From Emiliania huxleyi CCMP1516 (Eukaryota): 64,000 nt of DNA. The notes below the pieces were generated by a model. The model was given only the letters and a program-made list of their open reading frames with translations. It was not told the origin of the DNA and ran no database searches. Below, one piece after another: positions 34,987-47,587 of this stretch. The position numbers and the translations under genes are program-made. Numbering within the stretch: the stretch's first letter is position 1; each line of letters opens with the position of its first letter. The stretch covers positions 260,723 through 324,722 of the forward strand of contig NW_005201349.1 in the NCBI RefSeq assembly GCF_000372725.1. The letters run 5' to 3'.

Positions 34987-35499
34987 GAATTGCGGCGTGC
35001 TAAGAAGAGCGCGTTTCGTCGCGATTGCAGTGAGGCGCGTTCAAAAGATTTTTTTATTTTGCAAGCACGTTCGGCTTCCTCCGGACCTCTCGGTCCATGG
35101 AATTTCCGACGCCACAAACATACGCCATCGTCGGTCGGCGCCATCCGCGTTGTCGTATTCGTCGTCGTCGAACAACTCTCTCTCTCTCTTGCTGGATGCT
35201 GCTGGGCCGGCTCCCGCGTGCCCGGCGAGGTAACCGACAAAGCGTGGGTCGGTCTGAAGGAGTACCGCTCTGTCCGCAAAAGAATCTTGGCGCGTGACAA
35301 ATTCTTTTTGTTCGGCCGCGTCGCGGATACCCACAGTGCGCCCCAGCCCCCTCCCCCCCGGGCACACTGCCACACACCGCACCACAGAGACCACTCCGAA
35401 GCTCCCAATTTTTTTTCAAGCGGATCCCTGGAAGTACTCTCTCAGCCTGCTCCATTAATGTGGCCGAGCGCGCTTTGTCCGCGGCCGGACCGAGCCCCG

Positions 35500-38407
35500 C
35501 CTGCTCTCCGCGGGCGGCCGCCTCACCAGGCAGTGGATCTGGCAGCCCGGGTGCTCCGCGTCGGCCGGGAGGCTCGCCGCCTCAAAGTGGTCTGCGGCCA
35601 TCTCGTAGAAGCGACCGCCCATGCTGTGGACGCCGGGCGCGGCGCCGTTGCCGTGCGCCATGAGCACGAGGGTCCCCTCGCAGGAGAGGGCGACGAGGGT
35701 CTCCACCTACGGGGACGTGTCGCGGACGTGTCGAGGACGTGCCGTCGGACGCGTGTCGCCGCGACGCGCGCGTCCGCACCAGTGCGCTCCACACGCGCTC
35801 CTCCCTGCCGTACACAACGTCCACAGCGAGGAGCACGTCCGGCGGCCGGCCCAGCCCCAGCTTCTCGAGCGGGGAGGCGTCCTCACCCCACTTGAGCCGC
35901 CTCACCCGCACCGGCACCGGCTCCGCCGCCGCGCCCGCGCCGCCCGCGCCCGCGCCCGCGCCGCCCGCGCCCGCGCCCGCGGCGGTCGCCGCGTTGTCCT
36001 TTGCCGCGTTTGCCTCGAGGAGGGAGAGCACGTCCTCGTCCGCGTCAGTCGCCACCGTGCGCATCCCCAGCCGACCCGCGACGATCGCCGGCAGCCCGAG
36101 CCCTGCGCCAAGCTCGACGGCGGAACGACCCGCCCATCCGACCGGCACCGGCCCAACGCCTACAGGAGGCCGCCCTGAAGGCTCCTGGACGGCTCCCGCC
36201 CACCCGCCCACGCGGCCAGCCTCGCCGCCGGCGCCGCCCCATCTGCCAAGCAGCCGAGCGCCGAGCGGCGGCAGTGCGGCCGCCGCCGCGGCCGGCGTCG
36301 GGTGGGCCGCGAGCCACTTTGCGAGCAGCAGAGACCCCTCCCACAGCGCGCCGCCCGTCGCCGCGGTGGCGCCCGTCTCCTCGCGCCCCCCTATGAGCAG
36401 GCCCCGACACGCTTCCGAGAAGGCTCCTCGCCGCGCCGCCCGCCTCCTCGCCTCCGCGCCCTTGGCGCGGCCGCCGCCCAGCATGTGGGTGAGGAGAATG
36501 GGGGGGCCGGCCAGCGGCAGCTCGAGCCGCTGCTCGCGCGGCCTGGAGGCGGCCTCCTCGAGGGCGGCGCAGTGGACGCCGGACTTGCGCATCGCGTACA
36601 GCAGCTTGGAGGTCTCCTGGGCGTTTAGGGTTAGGGTTAGGGTTAGGGTTGGGATAGACAGCAGCTTGGAGGTCTCCTGGGCGTTGAAGCTGTCGAGCGT
36701 CGCCGCCGCGCGGGCCGCGATGGCGAGCATGGTCGGCCGGTCGAAGAGGCCGAGGGTGAGGAGGGACCTGTTCACGAGTGGAGGAGGAGTCCTCCACCAG
36801 AATGGGTGGCTTGGCCGAAGAGAGGAGCGGGAGCGAGGACCAGGCGGCGTTGGAGAGGTCGCGCGCGTTGAAGGCCGCGGCGTCGCTCGCGATAGCGCCT
36901 CCCGCCATCCCGCAGAGCGACACCACGGACGGCTCTGTCGCGACGGACCCGCGGGCCAGCCTGCGGCGGCTCGACAGCGTGGGTCAGGGCAGAGGTGAGG
37001 GTCAGGGTGGTGGAGTCGGAGCGCCAAGCCTGCAGCCGCTTGACAGCTTGGCGACGCCCCAGAGCACGTTGGCGAGGTGGCGCGGCGTGCAACGCTTCGT
37101 TCCGAGCGCCACCGCCGCCGCGGCGATCGCCGACGCCAGCTTGGCTCCCCAGCGCGGCAAGCCGAGCCGCGCGTACGCGCTGGCGAGGCTGTCGAGGTCC
37201 TGGGCGTTGAAGGCGGCCATGCGGCGGCGCGCGGCACGCGCGAGTCGCTTGAGCGCGCGCAAGCCGACGCTGCGGCGGCCGTCCTCCGGACTCGCAGCGC
37301 CGAGCTTGACGAGGGAGAGGGCGACCGTCGCGATCGCCTGCGGCTCGAGCCAGGAGATGCGCCGAGATGCGCCGGGACGCGCCGAGATGCGCCGAGATGC
37401 GCCGAGACTCGCCTGCGGCTCAAGCTCCGACGCGCGGGCGCACGCGGCCTCGGCGAGCGCAGCTGTCGCGCCGCCGTGCTCGAGCCTGCGGTGTGAGTGT
37501 ACAGATCTGGACTCCGCCTCGTGATGGGGAGAGATGGGGAGAGATGGGGAGAGATGGGGAGAGATGGGGAGAGATGGGGAGAGATGGGGAGAGATGGGGA
37601 GAGATGGGGAGAGATGGAGAGACATGGGGAGAGATGGGAAGATATGGTGCTCGAGCCGTTGTGAGTGCAGCGGTGCAGCTGAACACGGTGCGGCTGAAAG
37701 CAGTGCAGCTGCAGGCAGAGTAGCTGCTTACCGCCGCACGCGTGCCTCCTCGAGTGCTAGTCGGGATACAGAGCTGGACTCCGCATCTGGGCCTCGTGAT
37801 ATGGGGAGATATGGGGAGATATGGAGATGTGCTCCGCATCTCGGCGCTCGGGCCGTGCAAAGGCCCACGCGAGCATGCCGATCTCCTGCGCGTTGAAGCT
37901 GCCCCCCAGAAGCGGCGCGCTCGCGGCCGCGATGCGGTCGAAGAGCGCCGGCTGCGGCTGCGACGCCGTCGCAAACGCCCACGCCAGGTTGGCGAGGTGC
38001 CGAGGCTCACACCGCGGCTTAGCGCACGCGTCAGCGGCTGCTCTCGCGATCGCATCGAAGAGTCCGCGCGCCGCCGGCGCGTCCGCGCCCATGGCCTGTG
38101 CGGCGCCGTGCGCGATGTTGGCGAGGATGTCTGGACGACGGCAGCCGTGCGCCTCCAGCTGGGACTGGGTGGCCGCCGCCAGCCCTGCCAGGCTGTCGCC
38201 CATCTCGCCGGAGGCGGTCTGCCATTTGAGGTGGCGCCCGAGCTTGTTCCATAGATTCCCGAGGTGCATCGCGTCCATCCGCTCGCCGTGCTGTGCGTGC
38301 AGCTGCAGCAGGGCGCGCGCCGACTGCGCCTTTGAGATCCAAGCGTTGAGGAGCGGCGGCTCGGGCCAAGACGCTCCGCCGCTCTGTCTCCGCACAGGAG
38401 CGGGCAT
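35500..38407 (-). CDS. Helical-repeat (FAST/OPR-like) protein fused to METTL21-like class I SAM methyltransferase, multi-exon
   Basis: Repeats EPRHLANLAWAFA, FNAQEIGMLAWAFA, TPRHLANVLWGVAK, FNARDLSNAAW; C-terminal TGGALWEGSLLLAKWL, VELGAGLGLPAIV, VATD, LKWG, DVLLAVDVVY. Confidence 0.8.
37523..37645. repeat. Intronic (GATGGGGAGA)n 10-bp tandem repeat; same family at 37800-37828, 49320-49420, 49688-49782
   Basis: Directly visible. Confidence 0.9.
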
Positions 38408-39195
38408 GCGATTGGCCCAGCGATTTAAGAGCGCAGAGGACCGCGCGAGCAGCGCGAAGAGCAGCGCAGAGCGGCGCGAAGATCACGAGAGCGCCTTGCG
38501 CGTCACGATGGTGGGTGGTTCCACAGCCTGACCGCGAGGCATGAAGACTGCAGCGAGAATCGGCGAGACTGCGAAGAGAGATAGGAAGAGGCAGACGCCC
38601 GAGGGTGGGCGACGGCTAGCAACACACTCCTCTCCTTAAAATCCCTGTGGCGGCGTGCCCGCTCCCGTGCTTTCTTTCTTTCTTTCTTTCCTTCACGCAT
38701 CACGGACCGCGTGCCAAAGGCGTGCCGCCGCCGCGCGCGGCCAGAGGCGCCGCCGCGCCCACACCCCCGCCCGGGGGAGCGAGGGGGTGGCGGGTGCGGC
38801 CGCTGCGGCGTGCGGGATTGCGGGGCCGACCGTAACACGAAGTGTAACACGGACGCGGACCGATCGAGGCCGGGCCGCCCGGGCGGGGTGCGTGGCGTCT
38901 CGCGCGGGGGTGGTCCGCCGTCATTAGCTTCGCCGACGAGCCCAACGACGAAAACGTCCGCATCAGAATCGCATCTACGCACATCACACAGACACTCCAC
39001 GCAATACACCACACGACACGGCAGGCCCTCCAAGACAGCACGGACAGCGTTCGCAGATAGGACCAGAGGCGGGCCCAGGAAGCTTACTGTACCTCCAACC
39101 GTCGTCGGAGCATCGCGCTCCCGCACCTCAGCGCACGTACTCCCACCCACTCCAAACCTCGGATCCGAGCCCAACTTGATGGGCTCGGAGGAGCT

Positions 39196-39907
39196 CTACT
39201 GCGGCACCCGCATCACCACACCGGGCAGCGGCCATTGGCAGCGGGCGTCAGGGAAGGGGAGGCCGTGGGCCGCTGCCGGCGGCGGCACGCCGGCGAGTTG
39301 GTAGGCAGTATACATGTCGATCGACGGCTTGTACATGCTCTCGAAGGCGCCGCCGAACCGCGCCGCCGGAACCGTCGTGGCCAGCAAGGCGGGCAGAGGT
39401 GGTGGCGCTGGCACCGGCGTAGACGGCACAAACGCAGCCGCGTTGTGGCAGACACGCTGAATGCACGCCTTCTTTCGCACTCCTGCGCCGCCGTATTTGG
39501 GCTTGTCGAGACACTCCTACAGCGCGAGCCGCACGCGTGAGCTCCGGGCTCGGGGCGGCACTGGCCCCGGGGGGGGAGGCTAGCTCCTTGCACATGCCGC
39601 AGTCGGGCGCACGGCACGCCTCGCAGGCGCCACAGCGGTTGCTGCGGCCGCTGTTCCGATTGACGAGGCTGCGCGCCGCCGCCGCCAGAGGCGCCTCGGC
39701 GCACGGCGCCGCCTCGGGCTCCGCCACCGGCTCCTCCTCAAGCTGCGCGACGCCCTCCAACCTCTCGGCGTCGGCAAGCCTCGCCGTCTCATCAGACTCC
39801 TCACTCTCCGATTCGATGGTGGCGTCGGGGCCTCCGTGGCGCAGCGCGTCCTGTCGCTGCCAGAAGAGCTCCCACTCGCGGTCATTCATCAGCCGGCCTG
39901 CCGCCAT
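39196..39907 (-). CDS. CXXC-type zinc finger protein
   Basis: RCGACEACRAPDCGMCK|ECLDKPKYGGAGVRKKACIQRVC after removing intron 39517-39586. Confidence 0.85.
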
Positions 39908-40823
39908 CTGACAGCGGAGGTCGGCAGGGGTCGGAGGCGCCAAATAGACGACGGCGACGAGGTCGAGACAGGACAGCGGCGATGCCGAATAGCAGGTTTT
40001 CGCGCGACGGGCGATGCATCGGAAAACCCGAAACGCCGATGGCGAGTTCGATTATTAGTTTTACATGCACGGGGTGGGTGCTGAATGCGGGTGGGTGGCC
40101 TGGAGGCGAGGTGGAGCCTGTGGAGGGTGGAGAGGGTGGTTTGGTGGGTGGTTGGTGACTCCACACCTGGAGACCTGTGTTCTCACTCAGCCTGTTGAGT
40201 GTTGTCGAGCGTCAGGTTCGTTGTTAGCAGATCAAGGCACAGAGGAGCTCACACAAAGCACAGCGGGAGGAAAGTGATATACTGATCTCTCAAGGCCCAT
40301 CTACAGCAGCGGCGAAGTGAGCGTGTTTGTGGTGTTGGTGTGGCGTCTGAGCTTGGATCTGTGACTAAAGCCGGTTACCACTGATGGATCCCCACCCGAA
40401 TAACACACAGTGAGCGCCCCAGCGCTTCACTACGCCCTCCGCGCGAAATCGCTAGTGGTGCTTTGTGGCAGCACATTGTGCTTTGTGGCAGCACGGGTGC
40501 GGTCGGTGCCCGTGACTCAGCAACTACCTTACTAGTCTCCCAACCTTTTTCACCGGGGTACCCACCGCAGGAGGGTTGGCATTTTCAACCCACGATCTCT
40601 AGGGGGTGATCTCTAGGGGGTGGGGGAGCGTGAAATTGAATTCTTTAGCTGTGTCGGAAGAATTCTTTTCCCCCCAGGCGCCGTTGCTCTGCGAGTTGGA
40701 GAGACACGGCCCAGGCGCGGCCGCCGAGCGCGGCCGTGTCTCCAATTCTCGCCGCGCGCGCGGCAGGACTCGTCGCTCCTCGCCTCGCACGCACACGCAT
40801 ACCCACGCTACGCACCAGACATC

Positions 40824-41450
40824 ATGCCCGACAAAATCGGCAACAGCCGCGCAGGGATGGCTCGTCAGCCTCGTCAGGGCCTAGATGACTCGCCCGCCGA
40901 AGGAGGAGGTGGCACGGCGCCGCCAGCGTATGACTGGACGACGGGAGAGAAAGTTGCTCGCGGTGCTGCGGAGTTTGCGGCAGGAGTTGCAGGCGTTGGT
41001 GTTGCTGCGCCGCGGCCACCGACGGCAGCGGAAATGGCTCGCGACGCAGGGCTGTTTCCACCGCGAACGACGGCAATCGGCTCGACCCCCGAAGGGGAGC
41101 AGAACCCTCTCTGGTCAGCGGAGGAGTTCAATGGCAAGTGGTTCATCTGCTGGCCGATTGCCTGCGCTTCGGTCAACCAGACCAACGTTGGCGAGGATGG
41201 CATTAAGATGCAGGCCATGTGTTGTCTCTGTTACCCGGCCACGACCGAGTTTACCCGCATGGGCAACACCAACCGCTTTGGGGCTACAAGCTACACAACC
41301 GACGACGACGGAAGCTCCTCACGAAGCGAAGACGTGCTGAACTTCACCTCGACGACTTCGCTCAAACACGAGGGAGGGGGGATCCCGGGGGTCGGGTGGA
41401 AGAGTAAAGAGTTAGTAGTGCATGTGGACGGCAATTCGGGCGTTGGCTGA
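40824..41450 (+). CDS. Hypothetical protein
   Basis: Open frame with balanced composition and Cys-rich motif WFICWPIAC...MCCLCYP; no family recognised. Confidence 0.5.
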   Translation: MPDKIGNSRAGMARQPRQGLDDSPAEGGGGTAPPAYDWTTGEKVARGAAEFAAGVAGVGVAAPRPPTAAEMARDAGLFPPRTTAIGSTPEGEQNPLWSAEEFNGKWFICWPIACASVNQTNVGEDGIKMQAMCCLCYPATTEFTRMGNTNRFGATSYTTDDDGSSSRSEDVLNFTSTTSLKHEGGGIPGVGWKSKELVVHVDGNSGVG

Positions 41451-42261
41451 CGCAGCACATGCGCGTGCTGTCTGAGGTGAGGTGGACCGGGTGAGTGTTT
41501 AGGTGTGTTGTGTCCAGTGTTCGTTCGTCCTTGTCCGCTGTCCCGTTGTTGTCAATGCCAGATACGTACTATTTTCTATTTGAGAGGCCTTCGTTGTTAA
41601 TAGTACAAACCCAATGGTCCCTCGCTAGCGGTCCTTCGTTGCAGTCACGCACACGCCACGCCGCACCGCGCGCCCGCCCACTGCCCCGCCCAGGCGGGAA
41701 AGAGATCAGGAGATGGGGACAGCGAAGGAAGGAGGAGCCACGAACACGACACTGGGAGGGTTCAGTTGTGCGCCACGCTGCCCGGCGTCTCTCACTTTCC
41801 GGGACAGCCCCGCCCTTTCGAGGCAGGAAAGTGACGGCTACCCCGTACGCCCTGTTGCTTCTACCCCGACGCCGACCGCCCATCCCCCCTCCTCGTTCCC
41901 CCCTCGAATTCTCCGGACCCCGACAAGCCGCCCGCCGTTGGGCCTCTGCCCCGCACGCCCCCGCCCCTTCTGCCCCTCGCTCACACCCCGGCCCGACACG
42001 CACATACAAGACAAACCCGGCGTCCTGCTCTCAAAAGAAAAAAAATGGGGAGGAGGGGAGACCACACGCACCCCCGCGCGCCGCTATGTGTCGCCAGGAG
42101 GCTGACACTTCACAGGCAGAGATTTGCTCAATGCGGCGGCAACAGCCAACACGATCGCGCCGGACTGTACAGGCGACTGTCTCGGCGAGCGCGGCGGTAC
42201 TGCGGCGCTCGCGCGCCTCGTGGCAATGTACGGTGTTCGGGTAGCTGATGGATGTATATCC

Positions 42262-43389
42262 TCACGCGGCGCCATGCGCAACGCAGCAGACCTTCTTGTG
42301 CGCCTTCCAATCGGCCTTTTGGCACTCTTTCGAGCAGTACGACACCGCGAGGCATCGCGCGCACTCGGACAGCTTGGCCGGGTTGCCGTACGGGCGGTTG
42401 TGCGGACACGAAGGGTTGTCACAGTACGTGGCTTGGCGCGACACGAGCTGGCCACCGTTCGCGCCAGTGCGCGTGCGGCTCGGACGCGCGCCCAAGGCTC
42501 GGAACATCGGCTCGCCCAGCTGCCGCGAAAAGGCGTCGTAGAACCCGGTGGGCTCCCAGAGACCTGTCAGATCATTGAACGAGGTTCTCGGCGAAGCTCG
42601 CGCGCCGAGCATGCGCGAGACTTGATCTACACAGAAAGGCGCGTCAGGCAACGGCTCGCCTTGCGTCGTGCGGAAGCTGTGCGACCAGGGCACAATCTCG
42701 CCCTCGAGCATGGCCACGATGCACGGCGTGCAAAAGAGGCGGCAATGGAAGCGCATAGCCATGGCGGATGGGCTGCCGCCGGTCGCGTCGCGCACGTCGG
42801 CGTCGCGAGGGGGTCGGTGCTGAATGAGGAGTTGGTACGCGAGTACTTTCGTCTCGTTAGATGGCCGCGCGAACTTCTGGCATACGGGGCACTGCAGTGA
42901 CGAACGGAAGTCGGGCCACGACGCGTTGGCCTTGCCGCCGTGCTTGCGCGAGGTGTGATCCCCGGCGGAGTCCCCGTGCTTGAGAATGGCGACGTCCTCG
43001 GCGCTTACGAAGCAACCACCGCCCACGACGAAGGGAGTGAGCATGACCTCCAGGTGCCGCTGCTTTGGCATCAGCAGGCAAATCATGCCACCTCCAAAGC
43101 GCACTGGAATACGAGTATCGCCTGTGACTGCCAACACGTCGCACGGCTCGATGTACATCGTCTCAGGCTTGTACCGCGATGCCGGCGGGATGGTGAGCGA
43201 GCACTGGGCCCGTTTCATGCCCTCTGTCTCCAGCGTCCACTGCTTGAAAGCGCAACTCGCTTTGGTTTGCTGCTCGTCATTCTCCAAACCTCGGTTCCGC
43301 TCAATCTTCACCTGTTCCATCGCAGCGGCGAGTAGCTCGTCATCGGACGGCGACACATACGATGCAGCGCTTTGCTTTTTGCGGCCCAT
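42262..43389 (-). CDS. MYND zinc finger protein
   Basis: C-terminal CDNPSC...[29 protein letters not shown]; uninterrupted ORF. Confidence 0.85.
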   Translation of the reverse strand: MGRKKQSAASYVSPSDDELLAAAMEQVKIERNRGLENDEQQTKASCAFKQWTLETEGMKRAQCSLTIPPASRYKPETMYIEPCDVLAVTGDTRIPVRFGGGMICLLMPKQRHLEVMLTPFVVGGGCFVSAEDVAILKHGDSAGDHTSRKHGGKANASWPDFRSSLQCPVCQKFARPSNETKVLAYQLLIQHRPPRDADVRDATGGSPSAMAMRFHCRLFCTPCIVAMLEGEIVPWSHSFRTTQGEPLPDAPFCVDQVSRMLGARASPRTSFNDLTGLWEPTGFYDAFSRQLGEPMFRALGARPSRTRTGANGGQLVSRQATYCDNPSCPHNRPYGNPAKLSECARCLAVSYCSKECQKADWKAHKKVCCVAHGAA

Positions 43390-43669
43390 GCCCGCTTCCT
43401 GGCAGCCACCCTCGTGCAAGCAGCCGCTCGCTCGTCCACTCAGCTCGTGTCCGCGGTGGGTTTGCGGTGGCGCGCCCGGGCTGCCGCGCTCGGCTGGTGC
43501 ACCTCCCTAGCTTTGGCTGGGGGACGGCGTCTGTTCACGCCTGCATGTGAGCAGGAGTGTCTCGAAAAAAACGGACCTTCGCGGGGTGGGAAGGGCGGCG
43601 GCGGCGCCCAAGGGCGGCGGCGGGCGCGGCGCCTTGTCGGGCGGGAAGGGCGGCGGCGGCGCCTTCCTG

Positions 43670-43990
43670 GGAGGGAAGGTTGGTCTCGACCTCTCCCTGT
43701 CCCAGCCTGCCATACGCTCCCGTTTGCAGCGACTCGTCGCATTCGATTCCCATGCCCCAGCTCCAAAGGGCGCCGTCGGCGGCTAGGGCGAGGCTATGAT
43801 CTTGTCCAGCCGACACGGCGACGATGCGCCGCCCAGCCAGGGTCTCGATCTTCTTGGGCTTTTGGTGGGTTGTATAGTCGCCGTGGCCCAACCCCAAGCA
43901 GTTGCCGCCATCCTCAGGGCCGGCATCCCAGTCCTGCTGTCCGCGTCCGCAGCTCCACGCAACGCCATCGGCGGTAATGGTCAGATCCAT
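43670..43990 (-). pseudogene. RCC1-repeat fragment
   Basis: TADGVAWSCG..LGLGHG..PKKIETLAGRRIVAVSAGQDHSLALAADGALWSWG..GRLGQG; only about two repeats. Confidence 0.75.
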
Positions 43991-44221
43991 CTACTGACTT
44001 GTCTACCGGCTGGAGCCGAGCAGGAGGGCCCGGGGCGCACAACCCCTTGCGCCTTGGTCAACTCACCCCCTCCTTGGCCAAAGTACAGGGGTTTCGATCC
44101 GGGCCACCGCAAATTTTGATCAGCAAATTTCGAGGGGCGGCCGCAAATTTTGAGGTAGATTTTGATTGTCAAAATGTGTCCGTCTTGGCACAGGATAGAG
44201 CATATAGGCGGCGAACACCCA

Positions 44222-44722
44222 GGTGCGCAGGGACATCGCGACTCTGCCCGCTCGCTCGACCCTTTTGCCGCGAGAGGGCGCCGGCCGCGTGTAAGAGGTG
44301 GCTGGCGCCCTGAGGCGGCAATTGGTGGCGTGGGGAGTGCGGAACGCTACTGGCGGCGTGACAGGACCTCTCTCGGTTGCGTGTGCCGCCCATCGGCACG
44401 CGGGTGCGCAGACATCGCGCGACTCTGCCCGCTCGCTCGACCCTTTTGCCGCGAGAGGGCGCCGGCCGCGTGTAATCGTGTAAGGAGGTGGCTGGCGCCC
44501 TGAGGCGGCAATTGGTGGCGTGGGGAGTGCGGAGAACGCTACTGGCGGCGTGACAGGGCCTCTCTCGGTTGCGTGTGCCGCCCATCTCGACCGCCCATCG
44601 GCACGCGGGTGCGCAGACATCGCGACTCTGCCCGCTCGTCGCTCGACCCTTTTGCCGCGAGAGGGCGCCGGCCGCGTGTAAGAAGTGGCTGGCGGCCTGG
44701 CGCCCTGAGGCGGCATTTGGTG
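44222..44722. repeat. ~180-205 bp tandem repeat, about 2.6 units
   Basis: Units start ggtgcgcag..acatcgcg at 44222, 44403, 44608. Confidence 0.9.
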
Positions 44723-44814
44723 GGGTCAGCGTGCGGTGCTGAGTCTTACTCGTCGGCGCTGGGGCCAGATCCCAGCGCAGAACTCTGCAACGCTGGCATA
44801 CAAACACAAGAAGA

Positions 44815-45030
44815 CTAACCCTAACCCTAACCCTAACCCTAACCCTAACCCTAACCCTAGGTCAGCGTGTGGGGCTGAGTCTTAGTCGTCGGCGCTGTGG
44901 GGCCAGATCCCAGCGCAGAACCCTGCAACGCTGGCATATACAGACACAACCAGACAACCCTGACCCTCCCTAACCCTAACCCTAACCCTAACCCTAACAC
45001 CCTCTAACCCTAATAACCCTTAACCTAACC
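44815..45030. repeat. Interstitial telomeric (CCCTAA)n arrays
   Basis: 44815-44859 and 44968-45030 (degenerating), each preceded by a duplicated ~80 bp unit (44724-44800, 44860-44938). Confidence 0.9.
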
Positions 45031-45903
45031 CACCCCCCAACTCCACACCGCAAATTTGAAAGATCTTGATGAAAATCAGGCCCGACTGCAAATTTCTTCA
45101 AAATTTTCGCAGGCGCTCCGCGCCTGCAGATTTTGAAATAAATTCGACAAAATTGGTACCTTCCTGGCCCAACCCCCTCCACACCCCGTAGGCGGCCTAG
45201 GCGGCCCAGGCGGGGAGCGAGTCTCGCGTCACGGCGTCACGTCGAGTCATCTCATGTGCGACGTTTGAGAGAGGAAACACGAAAAAAGTTCCGTCACTCG
45301 CGGCGCTCGTGTCCCCCTCTCCTGCTCCCTGTGCACCTTTCATCTCACACACCTGTCCACATGCTGCCTCAGAAGCCACGACCGTCACGACTGCGCACTC
45401 GTGTGGGCTCATGCCCCCTGCAAGCTGCGAACGGGCGGCGGCAGACCCTGCGGCGTTGGTGGCAAACCGGAGGCGGTGGCAGACCCCACGAGGCCCTGTG
45501 GCGGCGGCGGCATCCCCCGCGGCGGCGGCGGCAGAGGGCGGCCGCCGGAGGCGAGCGGCGGGGGAAGGCTCGCCGGCGCAAAAGGAGGGGCGGCGTGTCC
45601 GGGGGGGGCGTTGACGTGCGCCGCGCGGCGTGCGTACCGTGCGTCGGCATTGCGCTCGGGCCCGCGGTTGCGCGGGAGGTCGAGCCACGCGAGCGGCATC
45701 CCGTGCTCGAGGCTGTCGTCAAACACGCGTGGGTCCGCCCGCACGGGCAGCGGCGGCCGCGCGCGCGCGAGCGCGTCGCGCCGGTTCTGCCGCCCATCCT
45801 CGGNNNNNNNNNNNNNNNNNNNNNNNNNNNNNNNNNNNNNNNNNNNNNNNNNNNNNNNNNNNNNNNNNNNNNNNNNNNNNNNNNNNNNNNNNNNNNNNNN
45901 NNN

Positions 45904-47119
45904 GCGGCGGGCCGCGCGCCGCGGGGCTGGGCTTCCTGCGGGCGCGGGGGAGGCCCTTGGCGCGGAGGCGGGGCGGTCGGCACGACGGAGCCCCGCGGCA
46001 CCGCCGGCGCCGCGTCCCGCGTCCTCTCCCCCACCGCCGGCGCCGCGTCCCGCGTCCTCTCCCCCGGCGGCACAAAGGCGCCGCTGTGCGTGACGACCGG
46101 CCGCTCCTCGCTGACACAGGGTGCGCCGCCGAAGTTGTGGCCGAGGCGGAGGGGCGGGCGGGCGCCGGAGCGGACGACGCCGCACACCACCGCCACGTCG
46201 TCCACCTTGCCCCCCTTGTGGCTCCGCCCCTCCTCCTGCGCCGCCTCGCTGAAGGGGGTCTTGAGGTCGCGCATGCCGCCAATCGCCTTTGCCTGCTCGG
46301 CAATGTTTTGCGCGAGCGCGTCGGCGGCGGCCTGAGCGGCGAGGGGGTCGGGATCGCGCAGCGCGTCGAGCCGCTCCGCCACGAGGAACTGCAGCGCGTC
46401 TTCGAACAGGTTGTCGAACACGCCGTCGCTCGCCGCCAGGACGATGTCTCCCTCGCGCACGGCCGTGCTCACCTCGTCAACCTCCTTGCCGACGGCGTCA
46501 AAGGTGCGGGCGCGGGTCTGGTACGGCCAGTTCCAGCCGTGGGTCTGCTCCTGCGTGCGGAGAACTGCACGCCGGGGAGGGCGCGCGAGGTCGGCGACTC
46601 GGAGCGGGAGGCCGCTGGGGAGGGGCGAGGCGTGAGGGGCGGGAAGGGGCGGGGGCGCGCACCGACGCGAGGCCAGAGCTGCTTGGCGTCGGTGCCCGAG
46701 ACCTCGCGCATCGCCGGGCGGAGGACCATCGCGCCCGAGTCGCCCAGGTTGAGGAGGCGCAGCGTGCTCGTGCCCTCCTCGAGCTGGCCCAGCACGAGGG
46801 TGCTGCTCCCTCCGCCGCCGCTGAGCGGGCACTCGGACGCGAGCCTCAGCGCGTCGGGGAGGGCGTCCGCCACGCCGCAGGCGGCTGCCTGGTGGCACCG
46901 CTCGAGCATCTCGCGCGAGAAGGCGCCCGGGTCGACCCCGTTCTTTGCACTCCCTCCCACGCCGTCGGCCACGCCGAAGAGGCAGCGCTTGTCGTCAAAG
47001 AGGAAGGCGTCCTCGCCGCCCTTGTCCGCCTTTGCCGGGTGGGGGAGGACGGCGCCGCCGAGGACGACGTGGAGGCGGCCCGAATGCAGGGCCGGCGCGC
47101 TGTAGACGGCGAGCAGCAT
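45904..47119 (-). CDS. PP2C-family phosphatase, PTC7 type; 3' end unclear at a gap
   Basis: PHPAKADKGGEDA, GVADGVGG, GSST, NLGDSG, QTHGWNWPYQ, GDIVLAASDGVFDNL, GGKVDDVAVV. Confidence 0.92.
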
Positions 47120-47237
47120 GGAATGTGGCTGTCGGAGAGTGTGGTAGGCGTTTATGGAGGCTGATCGACGCTTTCAGATCTGAGGCCGAGGGCTCTTTCT
47201 TTGTTTTAGGAATGCTAGCCGCGCTAATTTCTTGCTA

Positions 47238-47537
47238 GAGGCGGAGCAAGCCTGCTCTAGTCTCACACGTTCGCCCCTGTCGCCTGTCTGTGTTGTTGTG
47301 CTGTTGTTTGTCTCTTGGCACCTTGGAGTGCTGGGGGGGGCGACAGGGGGGACGTGGCCTTGAGTGATGTGCCATGTACGTCCACTCAGGGTGTGTGGCA
47401 GCTACGCTGGCTGTGTGTCTTGTGAGCTTGTTTGTGTCTGTGTGTCGCTCGTGCGTGTCGTCATCATCTGTCTAGCGTCCACCCATACCGCGTTGGTGTC
47501 CAGTCCGAGCCTGACTGTTCTTCACCTTCCTACATAC
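47238..47537 (+). mobile_element. Dispersed ~300 bp SINE/LINE-end-like repeat (copy 2)
   Basis: Aligns with 3010-3326. Confidence 0.75.
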
Positions 47538-47587
47538 ACCACGATTTCTTCTTCTTCTTTGCTCGCCGAGCTTCGATCGCTTCGACC

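Noticed and set aside
44222..44722. Long tandem repeats and ORFs across them as a coding or CRISPR feature
   Set aside because: Head-to-tail units with indels; ORFs are by-products of the repeat
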